A DNA stretch of 64,000 bases from an uncultured delta proteobacterium (GTDB lineage: Bacteria > Desulfobacterota > RBG-13-43-22), in the NCBI GenBank assembly GCA_963711835.1, contig CAVQFQ010000021.1, forward strand, positions 160,001-224,000, in the 5' to 3' direction. This document shows, in pieces, positions 18,644 to 28,369 of this stretch. Position 1 is the first letter of the stretch. Every line of letters begins with the position of its first letter. The notes beneath the pieces were generated by a model. It was not told where the DNA came from. It ran no database searches and was given only the letters and a program-made list of their open reading frames with translations. The translations under genes and the position numbers were made by a program.

Positions 18644-20710
18644 ATGGCAGGAGAAGCACGACTTCGCAAAACCAGGAACATCGGCATCATGGCCCATATT
18701 GATGCCGGCAAGACCACCCTGACGGAACGGATTCTGTATTATACCGGCCGCTCCCACAAGATGGGGGAAGTCCACGACGGAGAAGCGGTCATGGACTGGA
18801 TGCCGGAAGAACAGGAGCGGGGGATCACCATCACCTCGGCCGTTACTACCTGCCAGTGGCTGCAGCACACCATCAACATCATCGACACTCCTGGGCACGT
18901 GGATTTTACGATCGAGGTCGAAAGGTCCCTGCGTATCCTGGATGGGGTGGTGGCGGTATTCGACGCCGTAGGGGGTGTGGAACCGCAATCGGAAACAGTC
19001 TGGCACCAGGCCGACAAATACCATGTGCCTAAAATGGCCTTTGTCAACAAGATGGATCGCATCGGAGCCGATTTTAAGAATACCGTTGAACAGATCCGTG
19101 AAAAATTAGGGGCCCGCCCCCTGATTATTCATTTGCCCTGGGGCAAGGAAGACGGCTTTAAGGGCAGCATTGATCTGCTGAACATGAAGGCTGTTCAGTG
19201 GCGGGAAGAGACCCTGGGTATGGAATACCAAGACCTGGATATCCCGGAATCGATGCTCGAGGAAGCCCTGCTGCAGCGTGAGGCCTTACTGGAAACCCTC
19301 TCCGATCTGGATGACACGGTCCTGGACCGCTACTTGGGAGGTCAGGACATCCCCGCTTCGGAACTGATCCCGGTCATCCGCCGGGGGACCATTGATCTCA
19401 AGATCGTCCCTATTTTCTGCGGTGCCGCCTTGCGAAATAAGGGGGTTCAGCCCCTGTTGGATGGTATCGTCAACTTCCTCCCCACCCCCATGGATATCCC
19501 GCCGGTCAGCGGCCACAACCCCCTGAGCGGCCAGATGGAAAACCGCCCGGCCCGCGATGACGCTCCCTTTTCGGGCCTGGCCTTCAAAATCAGTATGGAT
19601 CAGGGCCGGAAGCTGACCTATCTCCGCATCTATTCCGGCTCGGTTTCGGTTGGGCAGGAAGTTTTGAACCCAACTAAAAATATTCGGGAACGGGTCGCCC
19701 GCATCCTGCGCATGCATGCCAACAAACGGGAGCGGCTGGAGCAGGCCCGGGCCGGAGAGATTGTGGGACTCATGGGCTTGAAGAGCACCGGCACCGGCGA
19801 CAGCCTGACCGACCCCGACCACCCCGTCATCCTGGAAGCGATCGAGGTCTATCAGCCGGTTATTTCCCTGGCCATCGAACCCAAGACCGTAGGCCAGCAG
19901 GAAAAAATTAACGGTGTTCTGGAAAAGATTTCCGAGGAAGACCCGACCTTCCAGTTCCGCTACGATGAAGACTCCGGACAGACCATCATTTCCGGGATGG
20001 GGGAGTTGCATCTTGATGTTCTGCTGCACCGGATGGAAAGGGAATATCATCTTTCGGTGAGTACCGGTAAGCCTCAGGTGGTCTATCAAGAGACGATCGA
20101 ACAGGCCGGAGAAATCGAAGAAACCTTTGATCGGGAATTGGGAGGGATCCGGCATCAAGCCCGGGTCAGACTCCGTCTCCTCCCCAACAAACCGGGAGAA
20201 GGGAATCTCTTCCTTAACCTTATCCCCGAAGACACTCTGCCCAGGCCTCCGCTGGAGGCCATTGAATCGGCCATCCACGAATCCTTCACCTCCGGTGTCC
20301 TGGCCGGTTATCCGGTAACGGATGTCAAGGTCATTCTGGAGGCTGCCCAGAGCATGGAGAGCCAATTCTCGGAAATGGCCTTCCGGGTAGCCGCGGCCAT
20401 GGCCTTCCGCAACGGCTGCCTGCGGGCCTCTCCGGTCCTGTTGGAACCGATCATGAAATTGGAGATCATTGTGCCCGATGAATTCCTGGGCGAAATCATC
20501 GGGGATATCAATGCCCGCAAGGGGAAAATCGAACAGATTCTTTCCCGGAAGAAGGTCCAGCAGATCCAGGCCCTGGCCCCCCTGTCCCAGTTGTTCGGCT
20601 ACTCTACGGCCCTTCGCTCCGCCAGCCAGGGCCGGGCCACCTTTACCATGCAGTTTGCCCGCTACAGCAAGGTGGCCGGTCCGTCCGATCAAGGTCTTTC
20701 CAGACGCTGA
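18644..20710 (+). CDS. fusA: Elongation factor G, stand-alone paralogue
   Basis: [31 protein letters not shown]; outside the str operon; domain IV loop divergent ([10 protein letters not shown]). Confidence 0.93.
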   Translation: MAGEARLRKTRNIGIMAHIDAGKTTLTERILYYTGRSHKMGEVHDGEAVMDWMPEEQERGITITSAVTTCQWLQHTINIIDTPGHVDFTIEVERSLRILDGVVAVFDAVGGVEPQSETVWHQADKYHVPKMAFVNKMDRIGADFKNTVEQIREKLGARPLIIHLPWGKEDGFKGSIDLLNMKAVQWREETLGMEYQDLDIPESMLEEALLQREALLETLSDLDDTVLDRYLGGQDIPASELIPVIRRGTIDLKIVPIFCGAALRNKGVQPLLDGIVNFLPTPMDIPPVSGHNPLSGQMENRPARDDAPFSGLAFKISMDQGRKLTYLRIYSGSVSVGQEVLNPTKNIRERVARILRMHANKRERLEQARAGEIVGLMGLKSTGTGDSLTDPDHPVILEAIEVYQPVISLAIEPKTVGQQEKINGVLEKISEEDPTFQFRYDEDSGQTIISGMGELHLDVLLHRMEREYHLSVSTGKPQVVYQETIEQAGEIEETFDRELGGIRHQARVRLRLLPNKPGEGNLFLNLIPEDTLPRPPLEAIESAIHESFTSGVLAGYPVTDVKVILEAAQSMESQFSEMAFRVAAAMAFRNGCLRASPVLLEPIMKLEIIVPDEFLGEIIGDINARKGKIEQILSRKKVQQIQALAPLSQLFGYSTALRSASQGRATFTMQFARYSKVAGPSDQGLSRR

Positions 20711-20934
20711 CCGCGTTTTTCTTCATCCTCCACAAACACCAATCCCGGTCCCCAGTCAGGCAATAATGGGTCAATGCCAAAATGTTTGAACGATACCAGA
20801 GGATTATTTTTGGATTGCTTTTTCCATCGGATAAAATAAGATTAACCTTCAGGAAGGATTATTGAGTCGGTCCATCCTCAGGGAACATCAGGGAAGGGGA
20901 ACAGGGTCGGGGGAAAACGGCCCCATCGGTCTGC

Positions 20935-21891
20935 TTGAGGAGGAATAAGGCCATAAAAGAGAGCCAGTATAAGCGTCTGGCCACAGCAGGGATGACGGTT
21001 TTGGGGGTGTTGCTTTCCTGTTTACTCCCGGCCCCGGGACAGCCCTTTACGGTCGATGCCTATTACGCGGGCAGCTACTCGGCGCGCAGCCTTGGTTCGG
21101 TAACCAATCTTCCCCCCCTATATGGCGGGCTGACCTTCAAATACAATGACCCGAACACCATCATCATCGGGGGAGATGCCACTTCCGCCAACGGCAAACT
21201 CTATGCCGTGGGCGTCGTCCGCGGTGCCGGGAACCATATCACCGGCTTTTCCGGATCGCCCTTCCTTTTTGCCGACGGGGCCTATAATGACGGCGGGGTC
21301 GTCTACGGTCCCAATAACGTCCTTTTCCTGGCCCGCTGGCCGGTAAACCAATTGGGCCAGACCAAACCCGGCAGCACTATCACAGACAAGACCATCGAAT
21401 TAGGTCCATTGGGGGTGAATCCATCTCCGGGAGGGCTTAATTTCGTTCCGGCCGGATTACCGGGTGCCGGTCAGTTAAAGGTGGTTTCCTACGACGACAA
21501 CCGCTGGTATACCCTGGGTTATGCACCGGATGGATCGGGGACCTATAACATCACCTCAGCCACCTTTCAGGTTACTATTTCAGGCGGGCCGGAAGGAATA
21601 TTCTATGTTCCCACCGGCTCCCCTCTTTTTACGGTGCCGAGTGTCCTGGTTTCGGAATACTCCATTGGCAGTATCGGGGCCTATGAAATTAATTCCAACG
21701 GGGATCCTATTCCGGGAACCCGCCGCGATTTCATTACCGACTTAGAGGGAGCCGAGGGCGCGGCCATCGATCCTTTGACCGGGGATTTTCTTTTTTCAAC
21801 TTTTGGAGAAAGCAATCAAATCATCATTGTCCAGGGCTTCAAAAAACCGTTAAAAAATCGCCTGTTTTTACCGACGCTGTTTAAACCCTGA
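20935..21891 (+). CDS. Secreted Gly-rich (beta-propeller-like) protein with C-terminal LFLPxxxK tail
   Basis: Signal-peptide-like N-terminus, G/Y/T-rich body, ends RLFLPTLFKP; start uncertain. Confidence 0.75.
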   Translation: MRRNKAIKESQYKRLATAGMTVLGVLLSCLLPAPGQPFTVDAYYAGSYSARSLGSVTNLPPLYGGLTFKYNDPNTIIIGGDATSANGKLYAVGVVRGAGNHITGFSGSPFLFADGAYNDGGVVYGPNNVLFLARWPVNQLGQTKPGSTITDKTIELGPLGVNPSPGGLNFVPAGLPGAGQLKVVSYDDNRWYTLGYAPDGSGTYNITSATFQVTISGGPEGIFYVPTGSPLFTVPSVLVSEYSIGSIGAYEINSNGDPIPGTRRDFITDLEGAEGAAIDPLTGDFLFSTFGESNQIIIVQGFKKPLKNRLFLPTLFKP

Positions 21892-21896
21892 CCAAA

Positions 21897-22066
21897 GAGA
21901 CTTTTGCAAAAGTCCAGTGATGTCATTCCGGCGAAAGCCGGAATCCAGTCTTTTCCATGCATTCTGGACACCGGCGCCTGCCCTGGATCCCGGATCGGGG
22001 TCCGGGACAGGCTCTGATCCGGGGTTCGCCGGTGTGACGAAATTTTAGAGATTTGCAAGAACCTCC
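21897..22066. repeat. Nested REP/RPE-like palindromic element
   Basis: GTCATTCCGGCGAAAGCCGGAATCCAG ... CTGGACACCGGC..TTCGCCGGTGTGAC with nested hairpins, between convergent genes. Confidence 0.75.
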
Positions 22067-22124
22067 AAAGTTATTTGAAATTTTCCCTCTCCGGCAACAC
22101 CGCAGGGCATTGCGGTCTTCCAAA

Positions 22125-23810
22125 TCATCCCCTGGTTAAATGCCGGTATTTGATGCGGTGGGGTTGTGAGGCAGCAGACCCCAGGCGGGCTTTGCGATCG
22201 GCCTCGTACTCCGAATAGTTGCCCTCAAACCAGAGGACCTTGCTCTCCCCTTCAAAGGCCAGGATGTGGGTCACGATGCGATCCAGAAACCAGCGGTCAT
22301 GGCTGATAATAAGGGCACACCCGCCGAAATTCTCCAAGGCTTCCTCCAGGGCCCTCATGGTATTTACATCCAGGTCGTTGGTCGGTTCATCCAGAAGCAG
22401 CACATTGGCCCCTTCCTTGAGCATCCGCGCCAGATGAACCCGGTTTCGTTCTCCACCGGAAAGGAGGCCCACTTTTTTCTGCTGGTCGCTGCCGGAAAAA
22501 TTAAAGCGGGCCACATAGGCCCTGGAATTGACCTCTCTGGTCCCCAACGCAATGAGGTCCTGACCTCCTGAGATCATTTCCCAAATCGTTTTTTCCGGAT
22601 CGAGCACTTCTCGGCTTTGATCGACATAAGCGAGCTTAACTGTTTCACCCATTCGCAAGGTGCCGGTGTCCGGTTTTTCCTGGCCGGTAATCATTCGAAA
22701 AAGCGTGGTCTTACCGGCACCGTTGGGGCCGATAACCCCCACGATTCCGCCGGGCGGGATGCTGAAGGAGACATCTTCCAGCAACAGGTTGTCGCCGTAA
22801 GCCTTGCTGAGATGTTCGCCCTGAATGACCAGGTTCCCCAGCCTGGGGCCGGGAGGAATATAAATTTCGAGGTCTTTTTCCCTTTTTTCGCTTTCCTGGC
22901 TGACCAGGGCCTCATAGGAATGAAGGCGCGCCTTGGCCTTGGTATGGCGGCCCTTAGGAGACATCCGGATCCATTCCAATTCCCGCTGCAGGGTCCTTTG
23001 CCGTTTACTTTCACCCTTTTCCTCCAGGCGCAGCCGGTTCTGTTTTTGTTCCAGCCAGGAGGAGTAGTTGCCCTTCCAGGGGATGCCCTCTCCCCGATCC
23101 AGCTCCAGGATCCAGCCGGCCACGTTATCCAGGAAATAACGGTCGTGGGTCACGGCAATAACGGTTCCGGCATAGCGCTGTAAATGGTTTTCCAACCAGG
23201 CTACCGATTCGGCGTCGAGATGATTCGTGGGCTCATCCAGGAGAAGGATGTCGGGCTTTTGAAGCAGGAGCCGGCAGAGGGCCACCCGCCGTCTTTCCCC
23301 GCCCGAAAGAATGGTGACCGGGGTATCGCCGGAAGGGCAGCGCAGGGCCTCCATGGCCATATCCAGTCTGGAATCCAATTCCCAGGCCTCGGCCGCATCC
23401 AGTTTCTCCTGCACCTGGGATTGGCGCTCCAGGAGCTTATCCATCTCCTGGTCCGACATGGGCTCGGCAAAACGCTCATTGATGCGGTTAAACTCATTGA
23501 GCAGGTCCACCACCGGCTGGACCCCTTGTTCCACGATCTCTTTCACGGTCTTGGTTTCATCCAGATGGGGCTCCTGCTCCAGCAACCCCACCGAATAGCC
23601 CGGAGAAAGAATGGTCTGGCCGTTGAACTCCGAATCCACCCCGGCCAGGATCCGAAGCAGGGAGCTTTTCCCGGATCCGTTAAGCCCCAGCACCCCTATC
23701 TTGGCCCCGTAAAAATAGGACAGGGAGATGTCCTTCAGGATCGGCTTCTTGTCATAATATTTGCTTACCCGGATCATGGTATAGATAACTTTATTCGGTT
23801 CCGCACCCAT
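22125..23810 (-). CDS. ettA: Energy-dependent translational throttle protein (ABC-F)
   Basis: GAKIGVLGLNGSGKS, PWKGNYSSWLEQK, ELEWIRMSPKGR, QPHRIKY. Confidence 0.95.
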   Translation of the reverse strand: MGAEPNKVIYTMIRVSKYYDKKPILKDISLSYFYGAKIGVLGLNGSGKSSLLRILAGVDSEFNGQTILSPGYSVGLLEQEPHLDETKTVKEIVEQGVQPVVDLLNEFNRINERFAEPMSDQEMDKLLERQSQVQEKLDAAEAWELDSRLDMAMEALRCPSGDTPVTILSGGERRRVALCRLLLQKPDILLLDEPTNHLDAESVAWLENHLQRYAGTVIAVTHDRYFLDNVAGWILELDRGEGIPWKGNYSSWLEQKQNRLRLEEKGESKRQRTLQRELEWIRMSPKGRHTKAKARLHSYEALVSQESEKREKDLEIYIPPGPRLGNLVIQGEHLSKAYGDNLLLEDVSFSIPPGGIVGVIGPNGAGKTTLFRMITGQEKPDTGTLRMGETVKLAYVDQSREVLDPEKTIWEMISGGQDLIALGTREVNSRAYVARFNFSGSDQQKKVGLLSGGERNRVHLARMLKEGANVLLLDEPTNDLDVNTMRALEEALENFGGCALIISHDRWFLDRIVTHILAFEGESKVLWFEGNYSEYEADRKARLGSAASQPHRIKYRHLTRG

Positions 23811-23966
23811 CCGCTTTTAACCCTTCTGGTTCCTTTTCAGGCCTGAGCCAACTGCCCCGGCCAAAATTCGAGGACCCATTTATTTTATTTGCAGGGAAAT
23901 AGATTTTATAGGAAAATACGATTAAGATCAGGTTCAGCCAGCTTTAAAGGTCAGGAAGCGACGCCC

Positions 23967-24491
23967 ATGCAACCACACCCAATCGCCGAAGAAACGACCC
24001 CCGGGATACCGGGACCCAGTCTGGAGATTTCCGTACAGGCAGTCCCTTCCACCCTTCAGCTAACCGGGGGTCAGGTGATTCCTTTCAGGAGGGCCATGCT
24101 TATAATGCGCAATACCGACCAATTGACCTTAAACGGATTTGTTCCCCACGCCACCATAGCCCAGGAAGGCGGATCAATCCAGGATGGAACCGAGGCTCTT
24201 TCCCGATCTAATCCGCTGGGTGTCCTACCGGCCGGAGGAACCCTGGCCTGGGATGTGTACGAACTGCTGATCTCGGTCAACCCAGGGGTAGCCAGCAAGG
24301 TTCACCTTTTCGGTCACAAAGCGGTCCTGAACTGGTGGTATGATCTGACTGCCTGGGCCGAGGTCCTGATCTCAGGGGAATCCACCTCGATTCAAACGCC
24401 GATCTATCAATGGAAATTGCGCTGGAGCCAGGCGAGGAATCCTAAGGATGGGATTGAGCTGTCCCTTGACCCTGGTGGGGCAAAAAAATAA
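23967..24491 (+). CDS. Hypothetical protein
   Basis: ORF with plausible SD (AGGAAG) before MQPHP; no family recognised. Confidence 0.6.
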   Translation: MQPHPIAEETTPGIPGPSLEISVQAVPSTLQLTGGQVIPFRRAMLIMRNTDQLTLNGFVPHATIAQEGGSIQDGTEALSRSNPLGVLPAGGTLAWDVYELLISVNPGVASKVHLFGHKAVLNWWYDLTAWAEVLISGESTSIQTPIYQWKLRWSQARNPKDGIELSLDPGGAKK

Positions 24492-24501
24492 GGCCGGAAT
24501 A

Positions 24502-24756
24502 TTAGTGCCGGTGGCCGCAACAACTTCCCGGTCCGGCGCAGCCGGCGGCCTGAGCGGGGGTTGAACCGCAGCAAGCCGTGTCCCCCGGTCCCGGCAGGCT
24601 GTTTCGGGATACCCCGGAAAGAGAAGAAGGAGCCGAAAGCAGGCGCTTCAATTTCCGGCTTCCACAAGCGCTGCAGGCCGGGGCTTCGCCTGCGCCGGTC
24701 AACAGAGTTTCGCTCACCTGGCCGCATTCCAGGCATAAAAAATCAAACAGGGGCAT
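24502..24756 (-). CDS. FmdB family zinc-ribbon protein
   Basis: MPLFDFLCLECG..CSACGS..LKRLLS with Cys-rich tail. Confidence 0.85.
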   Translation of the reverse strand: MPLFDFLCLECGQVSETLLTGAGEAPACSACGSRKLKRLLSAPSSLSGVSRNSLPGPGDTACCGSTPAQAAGCAGPGSCCGHRH

Positions 24757-24775
24757 TTTTTATTCTCCTTCCCGA

Positions 24776-25219
24776 TTAAGCCTTTTCATTTTTTTCTTGA
24801 TATTCCCCGATGGCCTTCTCAAGGGTCTTGACCGCCAATCGGATACAGTGCTGTTTTTGATCAGGGATCTGGACCAGCTCCCTGAAAACATCCCCGTCCT
24901 TGACTTGAAGGGCACCAACCAAGTCTTTCCCTTTGACCAAATCGGCCAGGGCCATGGCGGCCGAAATAGCCCCCGGGCAACCCAGCACCTGATACCTGAC
25001 ATCTCGGATCGTCATCGTCCCTTGGTCAACTTTCAAATAGCATTTCATCGTGTCCCCGCAAGGGCCGGTCATTTCCGTTACCAGATCGGCATCAGCCAGC
25101 GGCCCCTGATTGGGTTTGGTCAGGTAATATTCAATGGCCTTTTCTCCATAACCCGAACTTAAAAGCATCTCCCGAATCCCGGTCAGCTCATTTATATTCG
25201 GCCTTAACTCCTGCTCCAT
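24776..25219 (-). CDS. IscU/NifU-like Fe-S scaffold protein
   Basis: GPCGDTM, GCPGAISA, KQHCIRLA. Confidence 0.88.
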   Translation of the reverse strand: MEQELRPNINELTGIREMLLSSGYGEKAIEYYLTKPNQGPLADADLVTEMTGPCGDTMKCYLKVDQGTMTIRDVRYQVLGCPGAISAAMALADLVKGKDLVGALQVKDGDVFRELVQIPDQKQHCIRLAVKTLEKAIGEYQEKNEKA

Positions 25220-25233
25220 GTTCAACTTCCTCT

Positions 25234-25614
25234 TTAGTGATGGCAGCCCGTACCGCCCTGGTGGCCCGCACAAGTCATATTTGCTGCGAATTCAGGCAGT
25301 TTACCGGAGTTCAGAAGCTCCAGGTTTTCCTGTACATTGCCTTCTACCGCCCTGAAAACCCGTATTCCCAGACCTTGCAGTTTCATGAGGGCCCCCGCTC
25401 CGATCCCGCCGACTACTACCAGATCCACCGGTGTTCCACCCAAAGCCTTGATCGGTTGACACTGGCCGTGGACGTGGTGGGCGTCCGTATTCCCTATGGA
25501 CTGAAAGGCTCCGTTGGTACTGTCCAAAACCATAAAAAGCGGCGCCGAACCAAAATGACCATAAACAGGGCTTTCCAATCCCTGATCCTCCGTTACCGGA
25601 AAAGCAATTCGCAT
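25234..25614 (-). CDS. NifB/NifX family Fe-Mo cluster-binding protein
   Basis: MRIAFP..GHFGSAP..HGQCQP..GGIGAGA. Confidence 0.9.
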   Translation of the reverse strand: MRIAFPVTEDQGLESPVYGHFGSAPLFMVLDSTNGAFQSIGNTDAHHVHGQCQPIKALGGTPVDLVVVGGIGAGALMKLQGLGIRVFRAVEGNVQENLELLNSGKLPEFAANMTCAGHQGGTGCHH

Positions 25615-25673
25615 ACCTTTTATTCCTCCATCAGTTTAAATCTCCGGGCAATCACCTCACCCTTTGTGAGCGC

Positions 25674-25702
25674 ATAATAAGACCAGTCGCGCATGAAGTC
25701 AA
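25674..25702 (-). promoter_or_regulatory. sigma70 promoter of NifX-IscU-FmdB operon
   Basis: TTGACT-N17-TATTAT on minus strand, with an ATGCGC direct repeat overlapping it. Confidence 0.55.
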
Positions 25703-25727
25703 GGTTCTGTTTCGATGCCAAACAGCC

Positions 25728-27557
25728 TCAAAAACCCCGGCCCCCCGGACTCAGGGGGAACTTGACGATCATGGTAGTTGAATCCTTGCCCACCTTCACT
25801 TCGATTTTGCCTTTAAGCAAGCGAAGGATACGCTGGGTTATGGTGATCCCTCGACCCCGCCCTTCTCCCTCCAGAAGCCGCAGACGGTCCTCCTCGGAGA
25901 TCAGGCCGGTATTGGTAATCTCAGCGCAGGCCCAGGGGTTCTCGGCATAAGTCTGTACGGCCAGCTCCCCCCCCTTCAGAGGGATGGCCTTGGTGGCATT
26001 ATTAAGCAGGTTGTCCAGAATCCGTTCCAGATGTATGGGATAACAGCGTACCGGGAGAAAATCCTGGAAAGGTCCCTCCTGGATAGTCACATTGGCTTTG
26101 AGCATTTCCCGGATGGCCTCCTGGTTGATTGCAAAACGCTTTTTCAGGATCGCCGTCAAATTTACGATCTGCTCCTGGCCCGCCTGATGAATGCTTAAAG
26201 CCATCTCCTGCATCCGGCTGGTCTCATCCACCAGAATATCCAGGTAGGTTTTGATGGTGGATTTTCCTCTCAGCGTGGCTTCCTGTTCAAGCATGGTTTT
26301 CAGCCTTCTGGCAAAACCGGCAATTGCGATGGCCGGGTTCTTGAAGTCATGGAGGGTATCATCCAGCCGTTCCATTCTCTGGGCCTGCATGAGTTCCCGG
26401 CCCAAGAAAAGAAAGATCTCGATCTCCCACTCGCTATAGCCTTTTCTAAGGTCCAGGGCATCAAAGGTCATGAAGTGGGTAATCTCCTCACCGGCGTTCA
26501 GCGGTACATAGAGAATGGAGTTGATATTGTGATCGGCTGCAAATTTTTTCAGGTTCCCAGAGATCTTCTCACTCTTCCTCGGGTCGATGATCAGAACGTA
26601 AGAGGGGGTCACCACTTCATAGGGGGTTTCCTCCGGGTGGTTTTCTCGTTTTAAAAGGAGTTCAAAGGCCGGTTCGCTTTTCACCGGGAAACTCGTGCCG
26701 ATGCCGTGATACCCGGTTGTTTCCGGGTATCCGGCCTCAAGAACCACCTGTTCCGGGTCTTCGGAGACGGAAAAAAGGGCGCAGCTTTGGACATTGACAA
26801 TGTCGGCAATCTCAGGGATCACCCGGTTGAAGACCTCTTTCATCTTGACCCCGGCCCGGGAACCCATTTTCTGGAAAATCTTCTGAACAATGGCTTCTTT
26901 CTTCTCGTTGACCCGGTAAAGGGCCAGGATCTTCTTACGGGCCATGACGAAGCTGAGTCTTCGGGCCATGAGTTCCGCCATCTTGATTTCCAGAGGAGGG
27001 AAGGCCCGGTCTTCCTCGGGATAATAAATCTGGATTACGCCCACCGTTTCCCTTTCGTGGGGAAAGAAGCGGGGAATGGCGAAGGGAATGGCCATCAGGG
27101 AGTGGGCCCCTTTGCCTTCCACCACCCCCTTGTCCGAATAGCGCTCTTCCTTCAGGATGCTGGGTACAAGATGGGGCTTCTGAGTTTTGACCACATCCCC
27201 GGCTATGGTATTCTCCAGGGGGATGTAGGTTGCCCGAGAAGCCTCCTGAAAGGGATAAGATCCATAAGACAACATCTGGCCGGTATTCGGATCATAAATC
27301 CTGACCGAGGCGGACAGGGCCTTCAGGAACTCCACCATGGTTGTGGTTACCCTGGTCAGGATTTCCGGTTCGGATAGGTCCGGGTTGATTTCTATAATCT
27401 CCTCCACCTTGTGGGAGATTTCATCGAGGAAATCGGGTAGAAAAAAATTTTGCAGGGTTTGTGCCAGATGATTCCGGAATCCCTTACCCCGGTCTGGCCC
27501 AAACCAGGGTTCGCTTTCTATGCTTTCTATGAACTTTTCGATGGAACGCCAAATCAT
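25728..27557 (-). CDS. Cytoplasmic GAF-GAF sensor histidine kinase (atypical ATPase boxes)
   Basis: Two GAF-like segments, HDFKNP H-box, LDNLLNNA N-box, ITNTG, GRGITI. Confidence 0.85.
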   Translation of the reverse strand: MIWRSIEKFIESIESEPWFGPDRGKGFRNHLAQTLQNFFLPDFLDEISHKVEEIIEINPDLSEPEILTRVTTTMVEFLKALSASVRIYDPNTGQMLSYGSYPFQEASRATYIPLENTIAGDVVKTQKPHLVPSILKEERYSDKGVVEGKGAHSLMAIPFAIPRFFPHERETVGVIQIYYPEEDRAFPPLEIKMAELMARRLSFVMARKKILALYRVNEKKEAIVQKIFQKMGSRAGVKMKEVFNRVIPEIADIVNVQSCALFSVSEDPEQVVLEAGYPETTGYHGIGTSFPVKSEPAFELLLKRENHPEETPYEVVTPSYVLIIDPRKSEKISGNLKKFAADHNINSILYVPLNAGEEITHFMTFDALDLRKGYSEWEIEIFLFLGRELMQAQRMERLDDTLHDFKNPAIAIAGFARRLKTMLEQEATLRGKSTIKTYLDILVDETSRMQEMALSIHQAGQEQIVNLTAILKKRFAINQEAIREMLKANVTIQEGPFQDFLPVRCYPIHLERILDNLLNNATKAIPLKGGELAVQTYAENPWACAEITNTGLISEEDRLRLLEGEGRGRGITITQRILRLLKGKIEVKVGKDSTTMIVKFPLSPGGRGF

Positions 27558-27843
27558 GTTACTATCCTAAAGTCTCATGGTCTTTCGGGGCCTTTTTATC
27601 GACCCCCCGCCTGGCAAGGTCAAAGGTCTGTCTCCAGTTCTATCTTTAATATACCCTATAACTGCGAACCAGGCTATTTTATTCTTGAACCTGGGTTATT
27701 AGGATCCGAACGTCTTTTGGTTCTTAGCTTACTTTTTCTGCCGAAAACCCGGCCGGAACAAGGGGTAAGGTCGAAGAGGAAGGCAGGCCAAATTGGAATG
27801 AACCCCTCCTTTTCCGAGTCTTCGACGATCCCTCCATTCCCGG

Positions 27844-27921
27844 TTGACTAAGTTATTTTTCTATTTTATAAATCGTTACCGATAAGAAGCCTTGACAGAA
27901 GTCTCGGACCTCCCCTATATT
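27844..27921 (+). promoter_or_regulatory. Tandem sigma70 promoters upstream of the catabolic cluster
   Basis: TTGACT-N17-TATAAA (27844) and TTGACA-N18-TATATT (27892). Confidence 0.55.
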
Positions 27922-28062
27922 GTAGCTATTTTACAGCTTCATATTTCTGAGTTTGAGATGCTCAGGATGAGGACCAAACTTTAACCCGATTTCCGATGCT
28001 CCTCTCCTTCCAAATCCTGTGGTATCGTTCAAAAGTTGTGGCATTATATTTCTGATAACCGT

Positions 28063-28301
28063 TGACTGAGGATCGGGGGTCTTGATTTCAAGGTTGTCCA
28101 CCATAAACTCCTCACCTTGAAATCCCGCTTTTAGCGGGACTGGAAGGATGACGATAATGCCTTAAGCAGGCCTTCACCAAAGCTATTTTTCCGGTTGGGT
28201 GAATGCCCGGCTCTAAACCAACCTTAGAGATTTGGGCCGGATTGGCGGGAAGGATCGCCCTTTGGACAATCCTTGAAATCAAGATCCCCGGTCCTCGGTC
28301 A
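28063..28301 (+). repeat. Structured repeat family copy 2
   Basis: tgactgaggatcgggggtcttgatttcaaggttgtcc ... ggacaatccttgaaatcaagatccccggtcctcggtca. Confidence 0.85.
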
Positions 28302-28369
28302 GACAATAATGCGCTAATGCCAAAACTTTTGAACGACACTGATTCTATCTTAAAGTTTAGGAGGCTTCC

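Noticed and set aside
19286-20692. 468-aa antisense ORF
   Set aside because: Shadow of EF-G caused by GC-rich codon bias; no motifs
28039-28054. TGGCAT-N5-TTCT just upstream of repeat copy 2 as a sigma54 promoter
   Set aside because: The -12 GC is missing and there is no equivalent at the other copies
28063-28301. Cobalamin riboswitch or 6S RNA ahead of the B12 mutase cluster
   Set aside because: No B12-box or GCCACTG motifs, and the element recurs beside unrelated genes
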